Source of the DNA: Arcobacteraceae bacterium
Lineage (GTDB): Bacteria; Campylobacterota; Campylobacteria; Campylobacterales; Arcobacteraceae
DNA length: 64,000 nt
Assembly (NCBI GenBank): GCA_963662945.1
Contig: OY759974.1
Location: 608,001 to 672,000 of the forward strand
Direction of reading: 5' to 3'
This document shows, one piece after another, positions 32,233 through 40,506 of this stretch (its first letter is position 1; every line of letters begins with the position of its first letter). The notes below the pieces were generated by a model. That model was not told the DNA's origin. It was given only the letters and a program-made list of their open reading frames with translations, and did no database searches. The position numbers were made by a program, and so were the translations under genes.

Positions 32233-32274
32233 ATTCTATCTTATTTGAAAATATTTTAAATTGACTTGGGTCAA
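32233..32274 (-). promoter_or_regulatory. Box TTGACTTGGGTCAA plus -10 TAGAAT (nnrS)
   Basis: Box 32261-32274, 22-nt spacer, -10 32233-32238 on minus strand. Confidence 0.87.
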
Positions 32275-32299
32275 TCTAAAAAAATTTCTTGCAAGCACC

Positions 32300-33484
32300 T
32301 TAAAATAGTAAAAATGGCTCTTGTAAATAAAACCCTTGAAGATAATCGATTCTTAACTCTTGGCATATTTTACAAATTGGTTCATTATGAACATATTCCG
32401 CTACACAGGAAGCTTGAAGCTCTTTTGCCATAGAGATGATGTTTTTTACAAGTATCTTTGAATCACTACTTGTATCAAGATTTTTGATAAGAGTTCCGTC
32501 TATTTTGATGATTTCAGGCTTGAGTTTGAGGATATTTTCCATACTTGAAAACCCGCTTCCAAAATCATCTATTGCTATTTTTGCTCCATACTTTCTCATC
32601 CAAGCTGCAAAGTTTTCTACAATAGAAAAGTCATCAATAAACTCACTTTCAACTATCTCAAAAATCACTCTATTTGGTTTTGGAAAGTTTTCCATCAACT
32701 CGTCTAAAAGTTTTATAACTTTTGGATTTGAAAGGTCTTCATAATCAAGATTGATACTAAATTCATAAGCGTTGTTTCTCATCAAATCAAATACTTTTTT
32801 GATCATAATAACGGTAAGTTTTTCGTATATTTTGATATCTTTTGCGGTTTTTAAATAAGGAAAAATTGAAAAATACTGATTGGTCTGTTTTTTATAGAGT
32901 CTCATAAGCGACTCATATTTTGAGATTTGAAGAGTTTTTGTATCAAATATAGGCTGAAAAAACGGTACTACATTATCATTTGCGACACAATCTCGAATAA
33001 AGACGATATCTTCAAGAAGTTTTGCTTGTTCGTTTTTTGAATAAGTAACGGTCAAGATATCAAGATTGATATCAATTATCTTATCAACTGAACTTAAAAA
33101 CTCTAGCTTATTTTCTCGTATCAAAACATCTTTTAAAAATCTTCTTACATAGCTAAAAGCAGCATTGACATAGTGATGGGGAAGCCCTATTTTTACATGC
33201 ACTTCACTGATGGTATTGAGTTTTTCAAAATATTTGTCGTCATATTTTCCGCTAAAAAGATTTAAGTACCACTTCCCTATTTCACTTTTGTGTTTATCAT
33301 GTACGGCATCGCTATTGATAAATTTTTTGGCATATTCAAAGTTGAAAATAAAACGATAAAATCCATCTAAAAACTCTTTTGAGTAGTTTGAAAAAAGTTC
33401 TGAAACTTTTTCAAGATTGAAAATATCTTCATTTGTAAAATCGTAATTTTGTACTATTTTCTTATAGTGGGTGTTGTTTGTCAT
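32300..33484 (-). CDS. Globin-coupled (protoglobin-like) EAL phosphodiesterase
   Basis: ISEVHVKIGLPHHYV globin segment; ESLMR, DDFGSGFSS, IKIDG, VAEYV. Confidence 0.85.
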   Translation of the reverse strand: MTNNTHYKKIVQNYDFTNEDIFNLEKVSELFSNYSKEFLDGFYRFIFNFEYAKKFINSDAVHDKHKSEIGKWYLNLFSGKYDDKYFEKLNTISEVHVKIGLPHHYVNAAFSYVRRFLKDVLIRENKLEFLSSVDKIIDINLDILTVTYSKNEQAKLLEDIVFIRDCVANDNVVPFFQPIFDTKTLQISKYESLMRLYKKQTNQYFSIFPYLKTAKDIKIYEKLTVIMIKKVFDLMRNNAYEFSINLDYEDLSNPKVIKLLDELMENFPKPNRVIFEIVESEFIDDFSIVENFAAWMRKYGAKIAIDDFGSGFSSMENILKLKPEIIKIDGTLIKNLDTSSDSKILVKNIISMAKELQASCVAEYVHNEPICKICQELRIDYLQGFYLQEPFLLF

Positions 33485-33968
33485 TTTTTATCCCTAAAGT
33501 TATTTTTTCCATACTAAAAGCTACAACATACAAAATCAAAGCACCGCTTAACACAGGGGATAAAAGATAAAAAAATCCTAATTGATGAATCTGTTCGCTT
33601 CCAACTACTGCAATCAACGCCGTTGCACCTCCTGGTGGATGCAATGTGTCGGTACTTTGCATAAGTAAGATTGCAAAAGAAACCGCAAAAGCACTGCAAA
33701 GTACAATGTCAAAAGATAGAAGCTTAAAAGAAATCACCCCTGCAAAGCCACTTAAGAGATGCCCAAAAATCAAATTTTTTCCTTTTGAAAGAGGGGAATG
33801 AGTTGCAGCATAAAGCAACACGGCACTTGCCCCAAAGGAGCCTATCATCAGAACCAAATCTTTGTCGTTTAAAAAGTTTTGATGAAAATAAGCGACTGTT
33901 ACAATGCCTAAAAAAGAGCTAATAAATGAAAAAATCAAAACTACACTCCGTAAATAAAAATCCACCAT
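33462..33968 (-). CDS. HPP family membrane protein
   Basis: IGSFGASAVLLY...SPLS, LHPPGGATAL. Confidence 0.93.
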   Translation of the reverse strand: MVDFYLRSVVLIFSFISSFLGIVTVAYFHQNFLNDKDLVLMIGSFGASAVLLYAATHSPLSKGKNLIFGHLLSGFAGVISFKLLSFDIVLCSAFAVSFAILLMQSTDTLHPPGGATALIAVVGSEQIHQLGFFYLLSPVLSGALILYVVAFSMEKITLGIKNDKQHPL

Positions 33969-34013
33969 AAATTAATACTGAAAAAATATGCAATAGTTTT
34001 ATAGTAATAAATA

Positions 34014-34220
34014 TCATTTTTTACCTATACTTATAATTATCGGATTTTTATAAGACTCAAACCAATCTTTTAATATTAATACAATTGATATAAATGCCAA
34101 AACATCAATAATAATATTTGACTCTAATTGGAGAGAAAAATAATGAATTACAAAATAGACAACAATAGGATATTTGATAAAATAAAAAAAGATTATCAAA
34201 CTCCCGTATAATTTTTTCAA
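34014..34220 (-). CDS. Small hypothetical membrane protein
   Basis: 68-aa hydrophobic ORF tightly packed in the operon. Confidence 0.5.
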   Translation of the reverse strand: MKKLYGSLIIFFYFIKYPIVVYFVIHYFSLQLESNIIIDVLAFISIVLILKDWFESYKNPIIISIGKK

Positions 34221-34222
34221 TT

Positions 34223-34528
34223 TTAAAATCCTCCAAGTTTAGCTTTTACTTCATCTGTAGCCATAGTGATATTCCAAGCAGGTTCCCACACTAAGTTCAC
34301 ACTTGCTTTTTCTACTTTTGGTAACTCCCTCAAAACCGCTTCTTCCACCCACTGGATAATCATCTGATGCAATGGACATGCTTTGGTACTTAATGTCATA
34401 GTGACTACCACTTCCATATTTTCACCACAAACTGCATCATAAATAAGCCCCATCTCTACTAGATTGAATCCCACTTCTGGGTCATTGACTGTTGAGACGG
34501 CTTTGAAAATCTCTTCTTTGCTATACAT
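34223..34528 (-). CDS. SufT/PaaD-like (DUF59) metal-sulfur cluster assembly factor
   Basis: VNDPEVGFNLVEMGLIY, MTLSTKACP, VWEPAW. Confidence 0.92.
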   Translation of the reverse strand: MYSKEEIFKAVSTVNDPEVGFNLVEMGLIYDAVCGENMEVVVTMTLSTKACPLHQMIIQWVEEAVLRELPKVEKASVNLVWEPAWNITMATDEVKAKLGGF

Positions 34529-34531
34529 AAT

Positions 34532-35764
34532 TTATCCCTTAAAATTTATCATAAAAACTATATCTTTGACTAAAAAAATAGTCCCAATAACCAAAAAACT
34601 CACTCCACTGAAAAATAGAGTTTGCATTTGTAATAAAAGGGCTACCCCAACTATACTAAAACCAACTGTACTAAATAAAAACTGCATATTTGCACTTCTT
34701 ACAGGTACCATATCGGCTAACATCGGTACTTTTCTCTTCCCAACATAAGGGGAAAATCTCTCATACCACACTAAAAAAGGGATGATTTTATACAAATGTC
34801 CACTTATCATAAAACTAATAAATCCAAATCCAAACCATCCAAGTGTCAAAAGTAAACTTTGTGAACTATTGTATAAATGCATTCCAGCTAACACAATAGT
34901 TATAACAAAAAATACAAAAGATGCCACAATACTTTTAAAATAGATATCTTTTTCACTTCGCACTTTTGTTTTATGTATGATAGCTATTTGCAATCCATAC
35001 AAAAGTATTGCTAAAAGTGTAGCGATATATCCTAGCTGTTGTATCTCTTGAACATTTATCAATGCTCCAACTCCTACACACACTACACCACAAGATAAGA
35101 TACCTAAAGAGAGTTTTACCCATTTCCACGAGAAAGAGTGACTGAGCCAAAACATAGGTAAAAGCACTAAACTCATCCCCATGATACTGATCCCAACATA
35201 CCCAACAAATACAAAATAGATATGGGTGGTTAAAAATCTATTCAAATCAACCACTACCATTCCACTATACCCAAGTGCTAAGATAATACCTACAACCAAT
35301 CCTAAGAGTAAAAAAAAATTTGCAATGATGACCGATAGTGTGACAAAACTCAGTTGTTTGAGTTTGAGTAAAGTTAAAAAAGTCTCTACTAAAAATATCC
35401 CAAAAGAGATAAATGCTACCACTCCACCAAATGGAAGAACTATAGGATACTTTACAAATCCCACTACCATCAAAATAGTCCCTAGCAAAAGAAGAGGATA
35501 AATCGCATAATAAAGCTCCACTGCAAAATGCTCCACTTCAAAAACCACAGGAACTAGTTGAGCCATCGCACCAAATATCACCATCATCACAAACCCTAAC
35601 AAAAATAGATGTACCCATGAAAGCACTTTGCTATCAAGAGTGGTAAGTGTTTGGATATCAAACCAAAAAAGAGTTATGATAGAGACTACAAAAACAAAAA
35701 CCCCTATAATAAAAAAAGGGGCTATAAGTTTAAAAGGTGGGGCGAAATTGGTAGAGATTTTCAT
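34532..35764 (-). CDS. Multi-pass membrane protein with TM His residues
   Basis: About 12 TM segments; WVHLFLLGF...GAMAQLVP, HIYFVFVG, GHLYKIIPF. Confidence 0.75.
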   Translation of the reverse strand: MKISTNFAPPFKLIAPFFIIGVFVFVVSIITLFWFDIQTLTTLDSKVLSWVHLFLLGFVMMVIFGAMAQLVPVVFEVEHFAVELYYAIYPLLLLGTILMVVGFVKYPIVLPFGGVVAFISFGIFLVETFLTLLKLKQLSFVTLSVIIANFFLLLGLVVGIILALGYSGMVVVDLNRFLTTHIYFVFVGYVGISIMGMSLVLLPMFWLSHSFSWKWVKLSLGILSCGVVCVGVGALINVQEIQQLGYIATLLAILLYGLQIAIIHKTKVRSEKDIYFKSIVASFVFFVITIVLAGMHLYNSSQSLLLTLGWFGFGFISFMISGHLYKIIPFLVWYERFSPYVGKRKVPMLADMVPVRSANMQFLFSTVGFSIVGVALLLQMQTLFFSGVSFLVIGTIFLVKDIVFMINFKG

Positions 35765-35773
35765 CTTTAAGCC

Positions 35774-36115
35774 TTAGTGAGTACACTTTCCACCACTGCA
35801 ACTATTTTGAGAAAAATCTGTTATATTTTTACCATCTTGTTTTTTGGTAAAAGTGATTTTTGCTTTTCCATCTTCTGTAGTTTCTTCTACAAAATCAAAA
35901 TCAGCTTCAATCTTTGGGAATAATCCCCCTGGAGATTTGTGATTGATCATCACAAGGCAAGAGTTCTCATCTAGTAGTTGAAGTCCTGCCATTGCGTTTA
36001 CCATAGGATGTGGTGGTTCACACGAACTTGTATCAAAAAAGTAGATTGTCAAACCATCTTGCACCTCTTTAAAAAAATCTACTGTTGCCCCTAATGCTTC
36101 TATTTTTTCCATCAT
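35774..36115 (-). CDS. TusA/DUF2249-like small protein with Cys-rich tail
   Basis: FDTSSCEPPHPMVNAM...MINHKSPGGL; C-terminal SCSGGKCTH. Confidence 0.72.
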   Translation of the reverse strand: MMEKIEALGATVDFFKEVQDGLTIYFFDTSSCEPPHPMVNAMAGLQLLDENSCLVMINHKSPGGLFPKIEADFDFVEETTEDGKAKITFTKKQDGKNITDFSQNSCSGGKCTH

Positions 36116-36142
36116 TGTATCCTTTTACAATTTAATAGAAGA

Positions 36143-36212
36143 AGTATAACGATTTTGAGAGGTATTATCATTGACTTATATCAACAAATATTTTATAAAA
36201 TTTGCTTACAAT
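36143..36212. promoter_or_regulatory. Bidirectional promoter with one central box TTGACTTATATCAA
   Basis: Box 36171-36184; TATACT 36143-36148 (-) and TACAAT 36207-36212 (+), each 22 nt away. Confidence 0.87.
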
Positions 36213-36238
36213 CTCGTTAAAAAAAATCACAAAGGTAT

Positions 36239-36904
36239 TTGATGAATCCATATATTTATTCATTGCAAATAGGAAAAGTGCAAAAGCTTGATGGTTGGGA
36301 AACAGGGTCTTTTAAAGATGAAGTTGAAGAGATAGAAGTTTTTAATAATGGAATCAAAAATGATGAAGTATCCGATACAAAAAATCATGGTGGAACTCAA
36401 AAAGCAGTGTTTGCTAATAGTTTACATAACTATCCACAGTGGCAAGAATTTCTAGGTCTTTTTTCACTTCCAAAAGGCTCATTAGGTGAAAATTTGACTA
36501 TTTCAGGACTTAATGAAACCAACGTATATTTAGGAGATATTCATAAAATTGGTGAAGTGATTCTTCAAGTAGTACAACCTAGAAAACCTTGCTGGAAAAT
36601 ATCAAAAAAACACAAAAATAACAATTTTACAAAATTTATTTATGATACTGGCCGTACGGGATGGTATTATAGTGTTTTAGAAGCTGGACAAATATCCAAA
36701 GGAGATAAAATACAAGTTTCTCATAACAATGGGGAAAAAATCTCTATCATGGAAGCTAATCAGGCTTTTAAAAATTTTAAAACAAGTCAAACAACTCTTA
36801 AAAGAATACTAGAGATTCCAAATATTAGTGAAGATTATAAAAAAAGTATCCAAAAACGACTTGAAGATAGGTATGATTTAGGGTTTATGCAGTTGCCTCA
36901 ATAA
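36239..36904 (+). CDS. MOSC domain protein (YiiM-like)
   Basis: NHGGTQKAV, GENLTISG, QPRKPCWK, TGRTGWYYSVL. Confidence 0.93.
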   Translation: MMNPYIYSLQIGKVQKLDGWETGSFKDEVEEIEVFNNGIKNDEVSDTKNHGGTQKAVFANSLHNYPQWQEFLGLFSLPKGSLGENLTISGLNETNVYLGDIHKIGEVILQVVQPRKPCWKISKKHKNNNFTKFIYDTGRTGWYYSVLEAGQISKGDKIQVSHNNGEKISIMEANQAFKNFKTSQTTLKRILEIPNISEDYKKSIQKRLEDRYDLGFMQLPQ

Positions 36905-38300
36905 CTATCTCAAAAGAGGCTCCATTAGAAATATTTTTGGCATTTAGTTGTGCAGAAAAATTTTTCTCTAAAATTGTTTTTGCCATATAAAGTCCAATAC
37001 CAGAGCCTCCTGTATCGTGTTTGGTAGAAAAGTAGGGATTAAATATTTTATTGATAATTTTTGGATCAATTCCTCCTGCATTATCTAATACTTTTACAAC
37101 AATGTTATTTTTTTGTTGTAAGAGTTCTATTATAATTTGTCCACTGTTTTTTTCTTGTTTTTTATTTTGAATGTTGTTTGCTATTTGTTCGATAGCATTG
37201 TTTACAAGTGTTAAAATTACTTGTTTAAACTGCCCTTCAAACCCTAAAAGAGTGATTTTCTCTTTTTGATTGTCAAAACGAATATTTATAGTATGTCGAT
37301 ATAAAGAGGTTTTTTCTATTTTTATCACCTCTTGGATTGCTTGAGTTACATCAAAAATTTTTTTATCTGTATCAAGTTTGTAGAAATTTTTAAAATCTTC
37401 AATGGTTTGGTGCATATGTTTGATAAGCTTAAAACATTCACTAAGGTCATCAGTTATTTGCTCTTTTGATATTCTATCTTCGCTAACATCTGTTTGTATA
37501 GTATCAAGTTGAAGGGAGAGAATCGTAAGAGGTTGTTTCCATTGATGAGAGATATCACTTAGCATCTCACCCATCTCAGCCATTTTTGATTGCTGGATAA
37601 GTGTCTGTTCTTGTTCTCTTATTGTATCTATCTGTTTTTTTACTTTTTTATCTAAGCTTTTATTAAGAAGTTTGAGTTCATTGTGTTTTTTATATACCTC
37701 AATTAACGCAGGACGAAAAATAAAAAAACCTTCAAGGATTATAGTTGAAATAGAGATAAGCAATATAATTGTTTCATAAAGTAAAAGAGAATTCATCCTT
37801 TTGTTTACCATATTTTCATAATAATAAGTGCTCTGCTCATACAAAGAAAACAAATGTTGGCAGATGGTTTGTATATCTTCTTTTTGTTGAAACTTATCTT
37901 TATAAAGGCGTAATGACTCTACAATACCATCTTTTTTCAAAAAAATATTTTTTAAAAAAGTATCTTGATAGCTTATAGAAGTTTTATCTTGTAATTTTTC
38001 CAAAAGATATTGATTGTTTTTTTCTAAAGCTTCAAAAGTTATTTGAACCTTACTATCTAAATCTATACTATTTTGATAGTAATAGGTAAGAACTCGTTGA
38101 GTAAGCATCCTTTGTTTTCCAGATTTATTGATAAGCTCTGCTCCATCTTTTTGAGTAGAGATAATATCAGTAATCACAACATAGGCACTTATAACCATTG
38201 CCATGAGTATGACTATTGCTAAAAAATGATTTCTTAAAAGATTTTTTTCTAAAGTGTCACCTCTTGAAAATATTTTATAAATTAAAAAGTTAGTTTTCAT
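36885..38300 (-). CDS. Sensor histidine kinase with NarX-like periplasmic domain
   Basis: INKSGKQRMLTQR, ISHQWKQPL, DNAGGI, GSGIGLY. Confidence 0.92.
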   Translation of the reverse strand: MKTNFLIYKIFSRGDTLEKNLLRNHFLAIVILMAMVISAYVVITDIISTQKDGAELINKSGKQRMLTQRVLTYYYQNSIDLDSKVQITFEALEKNNQYLLEKLQDKTSISYQDTFLKNIFLKKDGIVESLRLYKDKFQQKEDIQTICQHLFSLYEQSTYYYENMVNKRMNSLLLYETIILLISISTIILEGFFIFRPALIEVYKKHNELKLLNKSLDKKVKKQIDTIREQEQTLIQQSKMAEMGEMLSDISHQWKQPLTILSLQLDTIQTDVSEDRISKEQITDDLSECFKLIKHMHQTIEDFKNFYKLDTDKKIFDVTQAIQEVIKIEKTSLYRHTINIRFDNQKEKITLLGFEGQFKQVILTLVNNAIEQIANNIQNKKQEKNSGQIIIELLQQKNNIVVKVLDNAGGIDPKIINKIFNPYFSTKHDTGGSGIGLYMAKTILEKNFSAQLNAKNISNGASFEIVIEATA

Positions 38301-39315
38301 GATATTTCCTAAAAATTTCTAAAATTTCATCAAATGATTCTGTAAAAATTTCTACTAAATTTGGGTCAAATTTCATCCCTTTTTGTTCTTGTATAAAACT
38401 AACCGTTTTTTCTATACTCCAAGCTTTTTTATAACATCTATTATAAGTTAGAGCATCAAATACATCACACAAAGATACAATTCGCCCCTCTAATGGAATT
38501 TCTTTTCCTCGTAATCCGCAAGGATAGCCACTTCCATCCCAATTTTCATGATGGGTATAAGCGATATTTGCTGCCATTTGTAAAAGTTCTGTTTGTGAAT
38601 TTTTGAGTATCTCATATCCTTTGGTTGTATGGGTTTTGATATGTTCAAACTCTTCATCGCTGAGTTTTTCAGGTTTATTAAGAATATTGTCATCAATAGC
38701 TATTTTCCCTAGATCATGAAGTACAGAGGAGGTTTTAAGCATAGAGAGTTTATGTGAATTAAATGATAGCTTTTTTGCTAACACTTCACTGTAAAGGGCT
38801 ACTCTTTTTACATGCAAACTTGTCTCTTTAGAACGATTTTCCACTACATTTCCAAGCATACATATTATACTCTCTTGCATTTGTCTTATCTCTTCATTTT
38901 GTTTGAGTTTTTTAGCATCTCTAGCGTTAGTAATATTGTTTGAATAATGCTCTAAAGTTTCTAAAAGCATATCTATTCGATAAGGTTTTGGGATAAATTT
39001 ATCAATATTTTCATTGATAGCTTCCATAAGGTAATTAATATCATTAGAAGCAGAAAGTAAAATGGTAACTATATCTTTTTTTAAAAGTTTTGCACTTTTA
39101 CAAAGCTCAATCCCGTTAAGATGTGGCATTCGAATATCACTAATGATAATATCTATTTTTTCATAATTATTATTGATATATTCAAAAGCCTCTTGTGAAT
39201 CATTGAATGTAATAAACTCTTTACAATGCCTTTGAAGATTGCGTTTGAGATTATAAGTTATAGCTTCTTCATCATCAACAGCTATGATAAAAAGTTGATT
39301 TAGATTCATTTTCAC
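38290..39315 (-). CDS. Response regulator with HD-GYP phosphodiesterase domain
   Basis: REC (VDDE, SDIRMP); LHDLGKI, HHENWDGSGYP. Confidence 0.94.
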   Translation of the reverse strand: MKMNLNQLFIIAVDDEEAITYNLKRNLQRHCKEFITFNDSQEAFEYINNNYEKIDIIISDIRMPHLNGIELCKSAKLLKKDIVTILLSASNDINYLMEAINENIDKFIPKPYRIDMLLETLEHYSNNITNARDAKKLKQNEEIRQMQESIICMLGNVVENRSKETSLHVKRVALYSEVLAKKLSFNSHKLSMLKTSSVLHDLGKIAIDDNILNKPEKLSDEEFEHIKTHTTKGYEILKNSQTELLQMAANIAYTHHENWDGSGYPCGLRGKEIPLEGRIVSLCDVFDALTYNRCYKKAWSIEKTVSFIQEQKGMKFDPNLVEIFTESFDEILEIFRKYHEN

Positions 39316-39364
39316 TCCTGTTTATACGTTTTAAGCAATAAAGCACATTGAATAAAATATAAAA

Positions 39365-40345
39365 TCATCCACCTGTAAAATAAAAAGCTCTACTTGAAAC
39401 TTCAGAAGTTGTATCCACATTATTATTTGTATTATGTGACCATTTGTTTTTTTCTGGTTTGTTTTTTACTACTGTTTTTAAAACCTCTTCTAGTTTTTTA
39501 TCTGATTTTATAGCACTTTTGATATTGAGTGAATCTTCATAGTACAAGCACGGTATTAAATCTCCCTCTGCACTTAGTCGTATACGATTACAAGTTTTGC
39601 AAAAACTATCATCATAAGGTTCTATAATACCAAAAACAAAACCACTCTCATCTTTATAAAGTTTTGCTGCTGAGTTTTCTTTTGTTTGAACTTCACTTAT
39701 AGAGTGTTTTTTTGCTATTTGTGCCAAAATATCTCTGCTTGGTAGAGTTTTTAAAACACCATTTGCATTTTCATTTTCCATATATTCTATAAATCGTATC
39801 TGAACACCTTTTTGTTTTGCATATTCGTACAGTGACACTATCTCGTGATCATTGATATCTTTCATCATAACCGTATTAAGTTTTACAATCATCCCCTCAT
39901 CCAGTGCTGTTTCTATTCCCTCTTGTACATTTTGTAGTGCATCTTTTTTTGTAAGATACCAAAAAGTTTCTTTCTCCAGTGAATCTAATGATATATTCAC
40001 TCTTTTTAACCCTGCATCTTTTAGCTTTTTTGCCTGTGATTTGAGTAAAAAACCATTTGTAGTCAATGCTAAATCAATATCATTTTTATAATTATAAATC
40101 ATCTTAATGAACTTGTCTAAATCATCCCTTACTAGTGGTTCTCCACCTGTAATTCGTATTTTTTTTATTCCATTATCAATAGATATTTTTATAAACTTAA
40201 ACATCTCTTCATATGAAAGCAACTGTTCCCTTGGTGTCCATTCAAAAGGTTTTTCAGGCATACAATACTGACATCGAAAATTACATCTTTGTGTAACAGA
40301 AACTCTTAAGTAATCAACTTTTCTATCATAATTATCAACTAACAT
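39365..40345 (-). CDS. moaA: GTP 3',8-cyclase
   Basis: YLRVSVTQRCNFRCQYCM, CKTCNRIRL, C-terminal GG; start moved to MLVDNYDR (RBS AAGGAA). Confidence 0.97.
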   Translation of the reverse strand: MLVDNYDRKVDYLRVSVTQRCNFRCQYCMPEKPFEWTPREQLLSYEEMFKFIKISIDNGIKKIRITGGEPLVRDDLDKFIKMIYNYKNDIDLALTTNGFLLKSQAKKLKDAGLKRVNISLDSLEKETFWYLTKKDALQNVQEGIETALDEGMIVKLNTVMMKDINDHEIVSLYEYAKQKGVQIRFIEYMENENANGVLKTLPSRDILAQIAKKHSISEVQTKENSAAKLYKDESGFVFGIIEPYDDSFCKTCNRIRLSAEGDLIPCLYYEDSLNIKSAIKSDKKLEEVLKTVVKNKPEKNKWSHNTNNNVDTTSEVSSRAFYFTGG

Positions 40346-40365
40346 TTTTAATTCCTTATCTGAGT

Positions 40366-40407
40366 ATTCTATGATATTTAACTCTGTATTACATTGACTT
40401 AGGTCAA
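40366..40407 (-). promoter_or_regulatory. moaA promoter: box TTGACTTAGGTCAA plus -10 TAGAAT
   Basis: Box 40394-40407, 22-nt spacer, -10 40366-40371 on minus strand. Confidence 0.87.
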
Positions 40408-40438
40408 AAATTATTAGTTTCACAATTTGTATAACTAT

Positions 40439-40480
40439 TTGATGTAAGTCATATGTTTAATCTCTATTTCGATGTACAAT
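40439..40480 (+). promoter_or_regulatory. nrdD promoter: box TTGATGTAAGTCAT plus -10 TACAAT
   Basis: Box 40439-40452, 22-nt spacer, TACAAT 40475-40480. Confidence 0.83.
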
Positions 40481-40506
40481 TTTACAAATTACCATAAAGG
40501 GATAAT

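Noticed and set aside
40346-40423. N-terminal extension of MoaA in the ORF track
   Set aside because: Runs through the moaA promoter and box; ATG at 40345 has an RBS and a typical MoaA start.
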